DNA from: Acaryochloris marina S15
GTDB taxonomy: Bacteria > Cyanobacteriota > Cyanobacteriia > Thermosynechococcales > Thermosynechococcaceae
Reading direction: 5' to 3'
Assembly (NCBI RefSeq): GCF_018336915.1
Contig: NZ_CP064923.1
Coordinates: 390,001-422,000 of the forward strand
DNA: 32,000 nucleotides
Positions 15,551 to 24,465 of this stretch are shown here, one piece after another. Numbering within the stretch: position 1 is the stretch's first letter; each line of letters opens with the position of its first letter. Made by a program: the position numbers and the translations under genes. Below the pieces are notes generated by a model. That model worked only from the letters and a program-made list of their open reading frames with translations. It was not told the DNA's origin and ran no database searches.

Positions 15551-16806
15551 TGACTCCCATTCACGTTATTGGGATTGGGCTGGCTGGTGGACAAGGGTTG
15601 CAACCCCATCTGCATACTTTGATTGATCAAGCCACTGTTCTAGTCGGCAGTGAACGACATCTCCACTACTTTCCGTTGCACCCCGGGAAACGCATTGCTC
15701 TTACTAACTTTGCTCAAGGGTTGGAGGCCATTCAACAGCATTTAGATCAGGCTCTAAACCCACTTGTGGTGGTGCTAACGTCTGGAGATCCGCTCTTTTT
15801 TGGGTTTGGCCGTCTGTTGCTGCAAACCTTTGCGGCTGATTTATTGTGTTTTCATCCTTATCTCAGCTCTGTCCAAATTGCCTTTAACCGTCTCAAGGTG
15901 CCGTGGCAAGATGCTGAAGTGATTAGTGTGCATGGGCGTTCCCTGGCTCCGCTGGTCACAGCCTGGCAAAAGGGAGTGAATAAAATTGCGGTGTTGACGG
16001 ATCATAATAATACGCCTGCTGCGATCGCAAAATTATTCCTGGGTTTAAACCTACCTATCTACTATGAATTTTGGGTGTGTGAAAATCTAGAAGGTGCAGA
16101 CGAATGCATTCAAAAATTTGAACCCCAGAACCTGATCAATCTACAATTCTCAGCCCTAAATGTGGTCGTTTTACTACGCCATAACCGAGAAAAGCAGGAT
16201 ATATCTGATCTAGCCTCTTTACCCATCCTTGGACTTCCTGATCAGGCTTTTTATAGCTTTGTAGATCGACCTGGGTTAATGACCAAGCGAGAAATTCGAG
16301 TTCTGACATTGGCGGAATTACAGCTGCAAGAACATCAAATAATTTGGGATATTGGATCGGGCACAGGCTCAGTTGCGATAGAAGCCGCTCGAATGGTTCC
16401 AAGATCCCAAGTTTATGCCGTTGAAAAAACAGCTTTAGGAACCCAGCTTATCCACCAAAATTGCCAATATTTTCAGGTGAACAATGTTCATATCGTTTTG
16501 GGTGAAGCACCCGCTGTATTAAATAATTTGCCTGACCCTCACCGAATATTTATTGGAGGAAGTGGAGGGCATCTTCAGGAGATCTTGAATTACTGCCAAA
16601 CGAGACTTGACCCATCAGGTGTGATCGTTTTGAGTTTGGCGACCTTAGAAAATTTTTATACTGCTAGCAAGTGGTTTGATACGTCTCATTGGGTAGTAGA
16701 ACATCTGCAAATTCAGCTATCACGTTCTGTCCCTATTGCATCAATGACTCGATTAACCCCATTAAACCCAGTCATGTTGATCAGAGCCAGCAGAAACCCT
16801 AACTAG
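15550..16806 (+). CDS. cobL: Precorrin-6Y C5,15-methyltransferase (decarboxylating), fused CbiE/CbiT
   Basis: N-terminal tetrapyrrole methylase domain (VIGIGLAG, LTSGDPLFFG) and a C-terminal SAM methyltransferase domain (WDIGSGTGSVAIEAA). The ATG at 15550 shares one base with the cobH stop (TGATG). An upstream ATG at 15526 is also possible. Confidence 0.85.
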   Translation: MTPIHVIGIGLAGGQGLQPHLHTLIDQATVLVGSERHLHYFPLHPGKRIALTNFAQGLEAIQQHLDQALNPLVVVLTSGDPLFFGFGRLLLQTFAADLLCFHPYLSSVQIAFNRLKVPWQDAEVISVHGRSLAPLVTAWQKGVNKIAVLTDHNNTPAAIAKLFLGLNLPIYYEFWVCENLEGADECIQKFEPQNLINLQFSALNVVVLLRHNREKQDISDLASLPILGLPDQAFYSFVDRPGLMTKREIRVLTLAELQLQEHQIIWDIGSGTGSVAIEAARMVPRSQVYAVEKTALGTQLIHQNCQYFQVNNVHIVLGEAPAVLNNLPDPHRIFIGGSGGHLQEILNYCQTRLDPSGVIVLSLATLENFYTASKWFDTSHWVVEHLQIQLSRSVPIASMTRLTPLNPVMLIRASRNPN

Positions 16807-16935
16807 AGTTTAGATAGAGCTCCTGTTAAATAACGCATTTATGAGCAATGCATGAGACTCTGAATTAATCTGCTGTTTATGCCAAATTTTAGGTAAAAGA
16901 GAACAGAAGCAAACCCTAAGACTTAGTAGCGGGCC

Positions 16936-17319
16936 TTATATGTCTTCATCTTCATCGACTTGAATAAGATGAATATGCTTATATCCCAACTTAATTGAAA
17001 ACTCATCGCCTGGTTTTAATCCCATTGCTTGAGTATAGGTAGAGCCAATTACAATTTGGCCATTCTTATGCACACTGACCCGATATGTCGGTTCCCGTCC
17101 CCGCCCATCTTTGGAGCCATCAGGATTGAGATCAATCCCTCTTGCTTCAATAACGGCATTGAGAAATTCGCCGAGATTAACGCGGGTTTGCTTATTCTTT
17201 GTAATCGAATAATATCCGCATCGTTTAGCCTTTTCACGGCGAGACAAGTGCTGAAGTTCTTTAACTTTTTGCAAGAGTGCTTTGCCAGTCAAAGGCGTCG
17301 TTTCGGTATCGGTTGCCAT
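16936..17319 (-). CDS. Cyanobacterial AbrB-family transcriptional regulator (cyAbrB/CalA type)
   Basis: 127 aa with a C-terminal SpoVT/AbrB swapped-hairpin motif (GQIVIGSTYTQAMGLKPGDEFSIKLG) and the N-terminal domain typical of cyAbrB. Confidence 0.8.
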   Translation of the reverse strand: MATDTETTPLTGKALLQKVKELQHLSRREKAKRCGYYSITKNKQTRVNLGEFLNAVIEARGIDLNPDGSKDGRGREPTYRVSVHKNGQIVIGSTYTQAMGLKPGDEFSIKLGYKHIHLIQVDEDEDI

Positions 17320-17854
17320 CTACAAAAATATCCTTGCAATCAACGTGTAGAGAAACAGAAGCGTTTCTGCTTGGGGGTAGATCTTTAAAGCTGGATGATA
17401 AATTCCAACAACTAGACCTTATTTAAACTATTGCAATTGTAGCAAAAAGAAAACGAATTGCTTTCTAAATATTATTCTAACGGTTTCTTTTTAATTAGCA
17501 ACTAATTTTTATCGATGAAAGATAGGTCGATGATATATCGTCTTCCATCTAGAGAGGAAAGATTTTGCTGCTCTTATTTAGCAAAAGGTTTTGCCAAACC
17601 TAATTTTTAGGTTAGAGAAAGTCGGTGTCTCTCTAAGACATACTAAACTTCTTCGAACTTGTACAAAGGTAGAACAATAATATGGAGACTTCCATAGAGA
17701 TTATTTACCTGTGATACATTGATCGTAATAATAATATGCCTGTAGGGATGTCCGTATACCTTTACTAAAGGCAATCTTTCTTTAGACTTTTCAAAAAACT
17801 CGACAAATATAACAGAAAAATTGATAATCACTCAAAGTTCTTAGGCATGAAATC

Positions 17855-18937
17855 ATGCAAGTTCTGTTCAAAATAATTCGTCAACAGCGACAAGGTGAAG
17901 TCAAAGTCCAGACCTATCAGTTAGACGTAGACCCGAGTACCACCATTCTGGACTGTTTGAATTTGATTAAATGGCAGCAGGATGGGTCTCTTGCTTTTCG
18001 AAAAAACTGTCGAAATACCATTTGTGGTAGCTGCAGTATGCGGATTAATCATCGAGCGGCATTGGCTTGTCAACAGAATGTGAAAGCAGAATTAGCCCAT
18101 TCTCATTCAGTCGCAAGTGAACAGAACCCAGCGGACTCAGACCTTGAGAATTCAGATTCAATTCCTGTGATTGAAATTGCTCCCATGGAGAATATGCCAG
18201 TCATTAAAGACTTAGTCGTAGACATGGATCAGTTTTGGCAAAATCTGGAACAGGTTGAACCTTATGTGAGTTCTGCGAGTCGACAAGTGCCGGAACGGGA
18301 GTTTCTCCAGTCTCCAGAAGATCGCAGCAAACTCGATCAAATGGGTAATTGCATTTTATGTGGGGCCTGTTATTCCGACTGTAATGCGCTCCCAGCTAAT
18401 GCTTCTTTTGTGGGTCCCCATGCTTTGGCGAAAGCCCATCGATTGTTAGCTGATACTCGTGATCAAGCGACGGAGCAGCGCCTGGAACAATATAATCAGG
18501 ATATCCAAGGGGTCTGGGGCTGTACCCGTTGTTTCAATTGCAATACGGTTTGCCCTATGGGAGTTGCCCCCCTTGATCAGATTAGTAAAATCAAATCTCA
18601 GGTGCTGGCTAACCCGACGCTTCCTGATAGTCGTCCCCTTCGCCATCGGCGTGTCTTAGTGGATTTAGTCCAAGAAGGGGGCTGGATCGATGAGCGGAAA
18701 TTTGGGCTAAAAGTGGTGGGCAATAACTTTAAGGATCTTCCAGGTCTTTTCAGCCTTGTACCTTTAGCTGGACAGATGCTCCGGCGTCAAAAACTGCCGA
18801 TTAAGTTTGATGCTTCAACTGGGACGGCTGAAGTGAGAGGGCTGATTGATGCGGTTAAGAAGCGGCAATCTAAGGTAGCTCAGTCTCAGAATGATTCAGC
18901 CGATCACAATGAGTCGGAACAGAAGTTTGGAAAATAA
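17855..18937 (+). CDS. sdhB: Succinate dehydrogenase/fumarate reductase iron-sulfur subunit
   Basis: Three Fe-S cluster cysteine motifs: CRNTICGSCSMRIN....AC, CILCGACYSDC and CTRCFNCNTVCP. It has extra internal and C-terminal sequence (see findings). Confidence 0.85.
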   Translation: MQVLFKIIRQQRQGEVKVQTYQLDVDPSTTILDCLNLIKWQQDGSLAFRKNCRNTICGSCSMRINHRAALACQQNVKAELAHSHSVASEQNPADSDLENSDSIPVIEIAPMENMPVIKDLVVDMDQFWQNLEQVEPYVSSASRQVPEREFLQSPEDRSKLDQMGNCILCGACYSDCNALPANASFVGPHALAKAHRLLADTRDQATEQRLEQYNQDIQGVWGCTRCFNCNTVCPMGVAPLDQISKIKSQVLANPTLPDSRPLRHRRVLVDLVQEGGWIDERKFGLKVVGNNFKDLPGLFSLVPLAGQMLRRQKLPIKFDASTGTAEVRGLIDAVKKRQSKVAQSQNDSADHNESEQKFGK

Positions 18938-19014
18938 AGCAGATTGCCAAGGTATCCGCGGTGCGATCGCAAGAAAATTCCGTTAAGATCCTGAAGTCCT
19001 TTTCTGCTTTGTTT

Positions 19015-19209
19015 ATGAGTTCTTCAAACGTCCCGGAGCCGGATCAAGCCCCCTCAACAGAGCTAGAGACCGCCCCTGAACCTGGGTTTGGGTGGACAGG
19101 TTATGCAGAGCGAATTAATGGCCGCTTTGCCATGGTGGGGTTTATGGCTCTACTTTTACTAGAACTAATTACCCGCCAAGACTTCTTTACTTGGGTGGGA
19201 TTGCGCTAA
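19015..19209 (+). CDS. hli: High-light-inducible protein (Hlip/Scp, CAB/ELIP/HLIP family)
   Basis: Single-helix Chl-binding motif ERINGRFAMVGFMALLLLELIT. I prefer the ATG at 19015 over the GTG at 18961. Confidence 0.85.
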   Translation: MSSSNVPEPDQAPSTELETAPEPGFGWTGYAERINGRFAMVGFMALLLLELITRQDFFTWVGLR

Positions 19210-19211
19210 TC

Positions 19212-19239
19212 AAAAGAGGCGCTTTAAGGCGCCTCTTTT
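19212..19239. terminator. Bidirectional hairpin terminator between convergent hli and sodB
   Basis: Perfect 11-bp stem AAAAGAGGCGC / GCGCCTCTTTT with a 6-nt loop. The A-run and T-run flanks allow it to work on either strand. Confidence 0.75.
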
Positions 19240-19273
19240 AACTCTAGATCAGGTAGCCTACCGAGTTATTCGA

Positions 19274-19873
19274 TTAGGCTGCAGCAAAATTCTGGGCGGC
19301 AAAGTCCCAGTTGACCAAGCTAGATAGAAAGGTATCAATATAGCCAGGACGGCTGTTTTGGAAATCTAGATAATAGGCATGTTCCCAAACATCCATGGTG
19401 AGCAAAGGGGTTTGCCCATGGACCAAAGGATTCTCAGCATTGGGGGTTTTGGTGATTTTCAGCTTGCCATTTTCTAGGACGAGCCAAGCCCAACCGCTGC
19501 CAAACTGAGTTCCACCAGCTTCCTTAAAAGCAGCCTTAAAGTTATCGTAGTTGCCAAAATCGGTATTAATTTGGGCCGCTAATGCGCCACCGGGCAAACC
19601 ACCGCCGCCGGGCTTCATAGAGTTCCAATAAAAGCTGTGATTCCAAGCTTGGGCCGCATTATTAAAAAGGCCAGCTTTGGCAGAATCCTTGTAGGCAGAC
19701 TGGATGACTTCCTCAATGGACATATTATCCATCGGAGTATCCTTGGTCATGCCATTACACTTGGTCACATAAGCTGCATGGTGTTTGTCATGGTGAAATT
19801 CTAGGGTTCGGGCAGAAATATGGGGTTCTAAAGCGCTGTAATCGTAGGGCAGGTCAGGTAGTTGGTAAACCAT
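19274..19873 (-). CDS. sodB: Iron superoxide dismutase
   Basis: Motifs: LPDLPYDY, FHHDKHH, AAQAWNHSFYW (Fe-type signature) and DVWEHAYYLD. The ATG at 19873 has better SD spacing (GAGAGG) than the one at 19882. Confidence 0.9.
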   Translation of the reverse strand: MVYQLPDLPYDYSALEPHISARTLEFHHDKHHAAYVTKCNGMTKDTPMDNMSIEEVIQSAYKDSAKAGLFNNAAQAWNHSFYWNSMKPGGGGLPGGALAAQINTDFGNYDNFKAAFKEAGGTQFGSGWAWLVLENGKLKITKTPNAENPLVHGQTPLLTMDVWEHAYYLDFQNSRPGYIDTFLSSLVNWDFAAQNFAAA

Positions 19874-20165
19874 GCAGTTCATCCTCTCTTGAAAATATGT
19901 TCAGTGGGCCTTTTCATGACCATGGCGATCATGAAACGACCCTAATGCGGTTTGGCTATACGGTTGTAACAGCTGTATAGCCTGTGTTCTCTCAAAGATC
20001 GCCAAATTATCCTATCACTCATCCCCAGTCTTCTCGGTCTATCTTGAGGTGGAGATAGGAGGTGTGGTCGTATCGCAGCTAGAAAATGTTTACTGGTTAC
20101 GGATGCTTGATCTAACCATAGGTCTTAACTCAAGCGTGTTTCAATGTCTGAAATGTCCTGAGATG

Positions 20166-21245
20166 CTAAGCCACTTTCTTGAACGAGGTGTTCTTATTGC
20201 CCCAGAGGAAAGGTTGCTGGCGGACTTGGTCAATGAGTCGGCGGATGGTGAAGTTACTCAAGACCGTGAAGGGACCCACCATGATTAAAGACTTGACCTC
20301 AGCTCTGGAAATTTTGATATTCCCACCTGATTTGAGCATTGCGGTTGACCCGGTGATATCCCGCAGGGTTGCATAGGCAAACACCAGGGGCAAGATGCAG
20401 AATAGTCGAATAGGGATGGCAGACCGGGGGATCTCCATCAAATATTGGGCTGCTTTATCCAAATCGGACCAAGCCAGTTCTACCAAAGATTTGATGGCTG
20501 CATGATTTTGGGTCAGAAACTCAGGATCCAATAGTTTTGCATGACTGCTGCCATGGGCCTCTAAAGCATCTTGGGGGACATAGATGGAATTTTCATGTTC
20601 GGCATCCCAAGCAATATCCTTGAGAATATTGACGGTTTGTAGCCCTTCACCAAAGGCTGCACAGGTCTGCCGCAGGGTATGGTAAGTGGCAAAATCGACG
20701 CTGGGAGAATGCTCAAACCATAAATCTGTGAGCAGATAGCCGACGGTACCCGCGACGTAGTAGCAATATTCTTGATATTCTTCCAGGGTCTTAATCCGGA
20801 TGCCTTGGGCATGCAGTTTGACGAACTTTTGCATCCCCTGCACCATTTCTGTAATCCAATGTTGTAGGGTCTGTTGTGATTTGGCGGGTAAGCTGCGAAA
20901 CAGTGCAAAAACAAGGTGGGTATTTTCGACGAGATGTAGATGGGCCGCTTCCCCTTCGAGGGTTCCGACCGCTTGGGGAAAAACATCTGCCCGGGCTGGA
21001 TCATCGAAGCAGACTAAAAATTTGTCCAAGAGTCTGATTTTGGATTCTATGGTGGCGATGGGATCATCTTCGATGGTGTCAGCAATTCTAGCCAGTAGGT
21101 AGCCACAGAGGACGGCACGTCCTAAGTTGCCGGGTAAAAACCGAATACTTAAGGCAAAGGTGCGAGAGACTTGTGGCAAGATCTCTTGGCAAAAGCGTTC
21201 AACTTGCCGATGATCGGTGGGAGACTCCAGGGCCATTTGTACCAT
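20166..21245 (-). CDS. sqs: Squalene synthase (farnesyl-diphosphate farnesyltransferase), squalene/phytoene synthase family
   Basis: 359 aa. Motifs: SRTFALSIRFLP, ARIADTIEDD and YCYYVAGTVG, with a second Asp-rich region near DIAWD. Confidence 0.8.
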   Translation of the reverse strand: MVQMALESPTDHRQVERFCQEILPQVSRTFALSIRFLPGNLGRAVLCGYLLARIADTIEDDPIATIESKIRLLDKFLVCFDDPARADVFPQAVGTLEGEAAHLHLVENTHLVFALFRSLPAKSQQTLQHWITEMVQGMQKFVKLHAQGIRIKTLEEYQEYCYYVAGTVGYLLTDLWFEHSPSVDFATYHTLRQTCAAFGEGLQTVNILKDIAWDAEHENSIYVPQDALEAHGSSHAKLLDPEFLTQNHAAIKSLVELAWSDLDKAAQYLMEIPRSAIPIRLFCILPLVFAYATLRDITGSTAMLKSGGNIKISRAEVKSLIMVGPFTVLSNFTIRRLIDQVRQQPFLWGNKNTSFKKVA

Positions 21246-21491
21246 AATCGTTCACTCCTGCTTTAAACCAAAACTCAAAATGCAAATCACACCACGGCCA
21301 CAGAGGTCTTTAGGGACAGAACCACTCATCGCCTAATGAGTATGTATACCTGTCTCCGAGTGAACATAGCATACGGACCTCTCAAATTACAGAAGTAGTG
21401 TGAGAGTTTTATATCTGTCCTTTTAATTGTGAACGGCTGAAAGCATGGCCTGTTCAGGCTTTTTTTATTCCATCGCTGGAGACTAATTCTC

Positions 21492-22184
21492 ATGCCATCT
21501 CAGATTGATCTTGTGTTTGTGCCCCAAGGAGCAGAGTATCGGTCGGTCTGTAAGGGGTTAAAAGCTGCAGGGGTTAACTCTACAGCTGTTGTGCCCATTC
21601 CCGTGGGTCCCCAGGGGGTAACCCAGTTTCTCCAGCAATGGCTCCAGAAGTCTCTTGGGACGACCTCTCCTAATGCTCTCTTAATGGGCTTAGGCGGAAG
21701 TTTGACCCATCAGCTTTCAGTGGGTGATGTGACTACCTGCCAGACTTGTATTGACGGTACCCAGGCGACGGACGTTCCAATGACTTGTGATCCACAGATT
21801 TTCCTGAGTCTATCCCAACGGTTCTCGGGGACCGTGATACCGGTCACGGGAGTGAGTTGCGATCGCATCATTAATACCACCGCCGAAAAACGACAGCTAG
21901 CCCAGACTCATCAAGCGGATGTCGTGGATATGGAAGGGTTTGCGCTGTTGTCGGGTTTAAAGTCTACGCAGATTTCTCTGGGCATTGTGCGGGTGATCAG
22001 CGATGATATCCACCATGATTTACCGGATTTGAATGGAGCGATTAGCCCGGAGGGGCACCTGCAAACGTTTCCCTTAGCGATGGGAATGCTGCGCCAGCCC
22101 TTGCCCGCCCTGCGTCTGATTCGAGGATCTCTCAAAGGGCTTAAACAATTGGAGAAAGTCACAACTGAGATCTTTAAGCCCTGA
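21492..22184 (+). CDS. PNP/UDP-1 (nucleoside phosphorylase/nucleosidase) family protein, possibly hopanoid-associated HpnG-like
   Basis: Family-typical DVVDMEGFAL and RVISDD..HDLP motifs. The HpnG-like assignment is an inference from its divergent position next to sqs. Confidence 0.55.
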   Translation: MPSQIDLVFVPQGAEYRSVCKGLKAAGVNSTAVVPIPVGPQGVTQFLQQWLQKSLGTTSPNALLMGLGGSLTHQLSVGDVTTCQTCIDGTQATDVPMTCDPQIFLSLSQRFSGTVIPVTGVSCDRIINTTAEKRQLAQTHQADVVDMEGFALLSGLKSTQISLGIVRVISDDIHHDLPDLNGAISPEGHLQTFPLAMGMLRQPLPALRLIRGSLKGLKQLEKVTTEIFKP

Positions 22185-22199
22185 ATGCTGGATTGAGGC

Positions 22200-23162
22200 T
22201 TAGAGAGCAGCCAGCACCGGATCGTGGATGCTGCCATTGCTGACGACGACCCCTTGGTTATTCACCAGTTTTGCCCCTAAGGAGAAATCGAGGGACTTAC
22301 CGGCGATATCCGTCACTCGACCGCCTGCTTCTTCCACTAAAATTACCCCTGCGGCGTGATCCCAGATTTTCTCGCGATAGTCAGGAGTTTTCGGAGAAGG
22401 CAGTCGCAAATAGAGGGCTGCTTCCCCAGCGGCAACCGCCATATATTTGGCTTGGCTATCCATGCGTAAGGAGTCTTGGGTGATACCTGCAGCTTTAGCA
22501 ACGGCGGCTTGGCGAGACTGATCGCCATGACCGGATTCCACGCTTTCCACAAAGCGGAGATTGTCAGATTGCTCCGCAGAGACCACTTGGATCGATTGAG
22601 GGGTGCCACCTGCTAAAGGAGATAGGGTTGCACCTGCTCCGCGCACGGCAACGCCCATTAATCCGGTTTGCCCCTCTGTAAAAGAGAGGGCCGGACAGCC
22701 CAAAACGCCCACTTTAATTTCGCCATCTTCGATTAAGGCTAATGCGATCGCATATTGGTCTCCCCGCAAAAAACCTTTGGTGCCGTCAATGGGGTCCAAG
22801 GTCCAGTAACGCGAGGCGACTTGACCATTGCCATGGTCAATCCAGTCTGTCACTTGTTCGGCAGTGGCATCGGGGACAATGGCCTGAACATATTGGGTGA
22901 CCTGGGCCAAGCGCTCGGCCATCTCAGGGGTCCGCAATTCTGCAGCATCCTCTTCACCCACCACGGCATCTTGGGGGAAGGCAGTGGAGAGGGCCCGACA
23001 AATGAGCGCTTGAGCGCCAAAGTCAGCCACGGTTACCGGGCTTTTATCTTTCTTCTCAATGGCTTCTGGGACAATTTCGCGCCGAACTTGTTCGCAAAGT
23101 TGGGCTGCCGCTTGTACAGCTTGGATAGCGATTTGTTTCTCAGATTCGTAGGGCATAATCAC
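22200..23162 (-). CDS. 3'(2'),5'-bisphosphate nucleotidase (HAL2/SAL1/CysQ type, inositol monophosphatase superfamily)
   Basis: Motifs: VTVADFGAQ, GEED, WTLDPIDGTKGFLRG and WDHAAG. 320 aa. Confidence 0.8.
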   Translation of the reverse strand: MIMPYESEKQIAIQAVQAAAQLCEQVRREIVPEAIEKKDKSPVTVADFGAQALICRALSTAFPQDAVVGEEDAAELRTPEMAERLAQVTQYVQAIVPDATAEQVTDWIDHGNGQVASRYWTLDPIDGTKGFLRGDQYAIALALIEDGEIKVGVLGCPALSFTEGQTGLMGVAVRGAGATLSPLAGGTPQSIQVVSAEQSDNLRFVESVESGHGDQSRQAAVAKAAGITQDSLRMDSQAKYMAVAAGEAALYLRLPSPKTPDYREKIWDHAAGVILVEEAGGRVTDIAGKSLDFSLGAKLVNNQGVVVSNGSIHDPVLAAL

Positions 23163-23215
23163 GTAGCGTCAACAGGGCAATGTCTACCATAGCTGATTCG
23201 AAAGGGTGAAACCAG

Positions 23216-23530
23216 TCAATCTGAAGACAGAGGTTCGGCCCAGGTGGAGACGCTTTTCAATAAGGGGGGAATGTCGTAAAAGTCCGGTGGAAACTCTAAT
23301 TGGGTTTCTCGCAATCCGAGATAGCCAGATTCTTGAAACGCTAATAAGACCCGCTGCAGGGCTAGCCAGACTTCTGCTTCATATTCCCAATCTCCATGCC
23401 GAGGGGCATAGCCGGCAATTGCTCGCATCGCCCAAAAATAGCTGTTGCGAACTACGGACCCACCTTTCTTAAACTTGGGTAGGTCCTCGTTGTGGAGGAT
23501 GATCAGATCTTGGTCGAGCCGTGCTCGCAT
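23216..23530 (-). CDS. Hypothetical protein (104 aa from the ATG at 23530)
   Basis: Open frame with ordinary composition. The ATG lies 10 nt after the chlM stop. The track's longer version starts at a TTG inside chlM. I recognise no family. Confidence 0.45.
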   Translation of the reverse strand: MRARLDQDLIILHNEDLPKFKKGGSVVRNSYFWAMRAIAGYAPRHGDWEYEAEVWLALQRVLLAFQESGYLGLRETQLEFPPDFYDIPPLLKSVSTWAEPLSSD

Positions 23531-23540
23531 GTTGAATCTG

Positions 23541-24233
23541 CTATGCTTCTGGGCGCTTGGCTTCAATCAGGCGGGAGAAATAAAAGCTGGTTTTAGTCAT
23601 AGCTTTGCGCTCGATGGTCCACCCTTGGGATCGCAAAATGTCGCAAATATCAAAATCTCGGTGTAGATAAGCCCGAGTGGTTTTGCTCGGACCTGGGAAG
23701 AAGCTGCCAATTTTCTTTAGCAACATATACCCAATGGTCCAGGGGGCAAAGCTCAGGATGAGCCGAGAGTTGGCTAAGGATGCTAAATGATTGATCATTT
23801 CCGGTACTTTTTGGTCGGGATAGTGAATCAATACATCGAGACAAATAACCGTGTCATAACTACCAGATAAGGTCTCTAAATCCTGAACGCTGAAGTTGGG
23901 GTTTTGATCTTGGCCTAATGTTTGTTGTGCTCTGGTCTGGGCCTCTTCCACCATTTTTTTTGAAATATCGCTAGCTGAGACCTGAATACCCTTCTCTGCG
24001 AGGGGAATGCTCAAGCTCCCCACGCCACAGCCCGCATCGCAAAAAGATTGTCCTGATAAATCTCCATCGGCCTTTAGCCAGGAGAGAACCGTATCGACGG
24101 TTTGTTGATGACCGACGCGAATGTCTTTTTGGACTTTATTCACATCACCGTCGCCATAAATCCGCCGCCAACGGTCGAAACCAACGGTATTGAAATAATC
24201 TTGGACAACGGCTTTATCGTTGGTGGTAGGCAT
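23541..24233 (-). CDS. chlM: Magnesium-protoporphyrin IX O-methyltransferase
   Basis: 230 aa. Motifs: YFNTVGFDRWRRIYG and the SAM-binding DAGCGVGSLSIPLA, with a ChlM-typical C-terminus. Confidence 0.92.
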   Translation of the reverse strand: MPTTNDKAVVQDYFNTVGFDRWRRIYGDGDVNKVQKDIRVGHQQTVDTVLSWLKADGDLSGQSFCDAGCGVGSLSIPLAEKGIQVSASDISKKMVEEAQTRAQQTLGQDQNPNFSVQDLETLSGSYDTVICLDVLIHYPDQKVPEMINHLASLANSRLILSFAPWTIGYMLLKKIGSFFPGPSKTTRAYLHRDFDICDILRSQGWTIERKAMTKTSFYFSRLIEAKRPEA

Positions 24234-24465
24234 GGGTATATTACTGACACAGGTCTCAATCCTCTATGGTTGCAGAAAATTGGACAATCAGGGATTTTTT
24301 GCACCACCCAATCTTTAGCCATCCTTAAAAGCAAAGGAGCATGCGCCTTTCTCTTTGGGGAGGATTAAGACAGACGTTTTAGGATGATTCGCGAGTTGTC
24401 ACCTCGGTCAGTAGAGTTTGGGGTACGACACCGTGGATATTAGAGTAGGCTCCTAACCCAGGTGT

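Noticed and set aside
17643-17831. 62-aa minus-strand ORF in the AT-rich cyAbrB/sdhB spacer
   Set aside because: It has an AT-rich, I/F/N/K-biased translation, no SD and no family resemblance, so it is probably non-coding.
20049-21102. ORFs of 65-147 aa overlapping the squalene synthase gene on both strands
   Set aside because: The sqs frame carries clear family motifs along its full length. The others are out-of-frame or antisense chance ORFs.
21447-21467. GGCCTGTTCAGGC followed by TTTTTTT upstream of the HpnG-like gene, as a possible terminator or sRNA 3' end
   Set aside because: The stem is only 4-5 bp with a 2-4-nt loop, which is too weak to call without 3'-end mapping.
22271-23192. Plus- and minus-strand ORFs (68-145 aa) overlapping the bisphosphate nucleotidase gene
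   Set aside because: They are shadow frames. The nucleotidase frame has all the inositol-monophosphatase-superfamily motifs.
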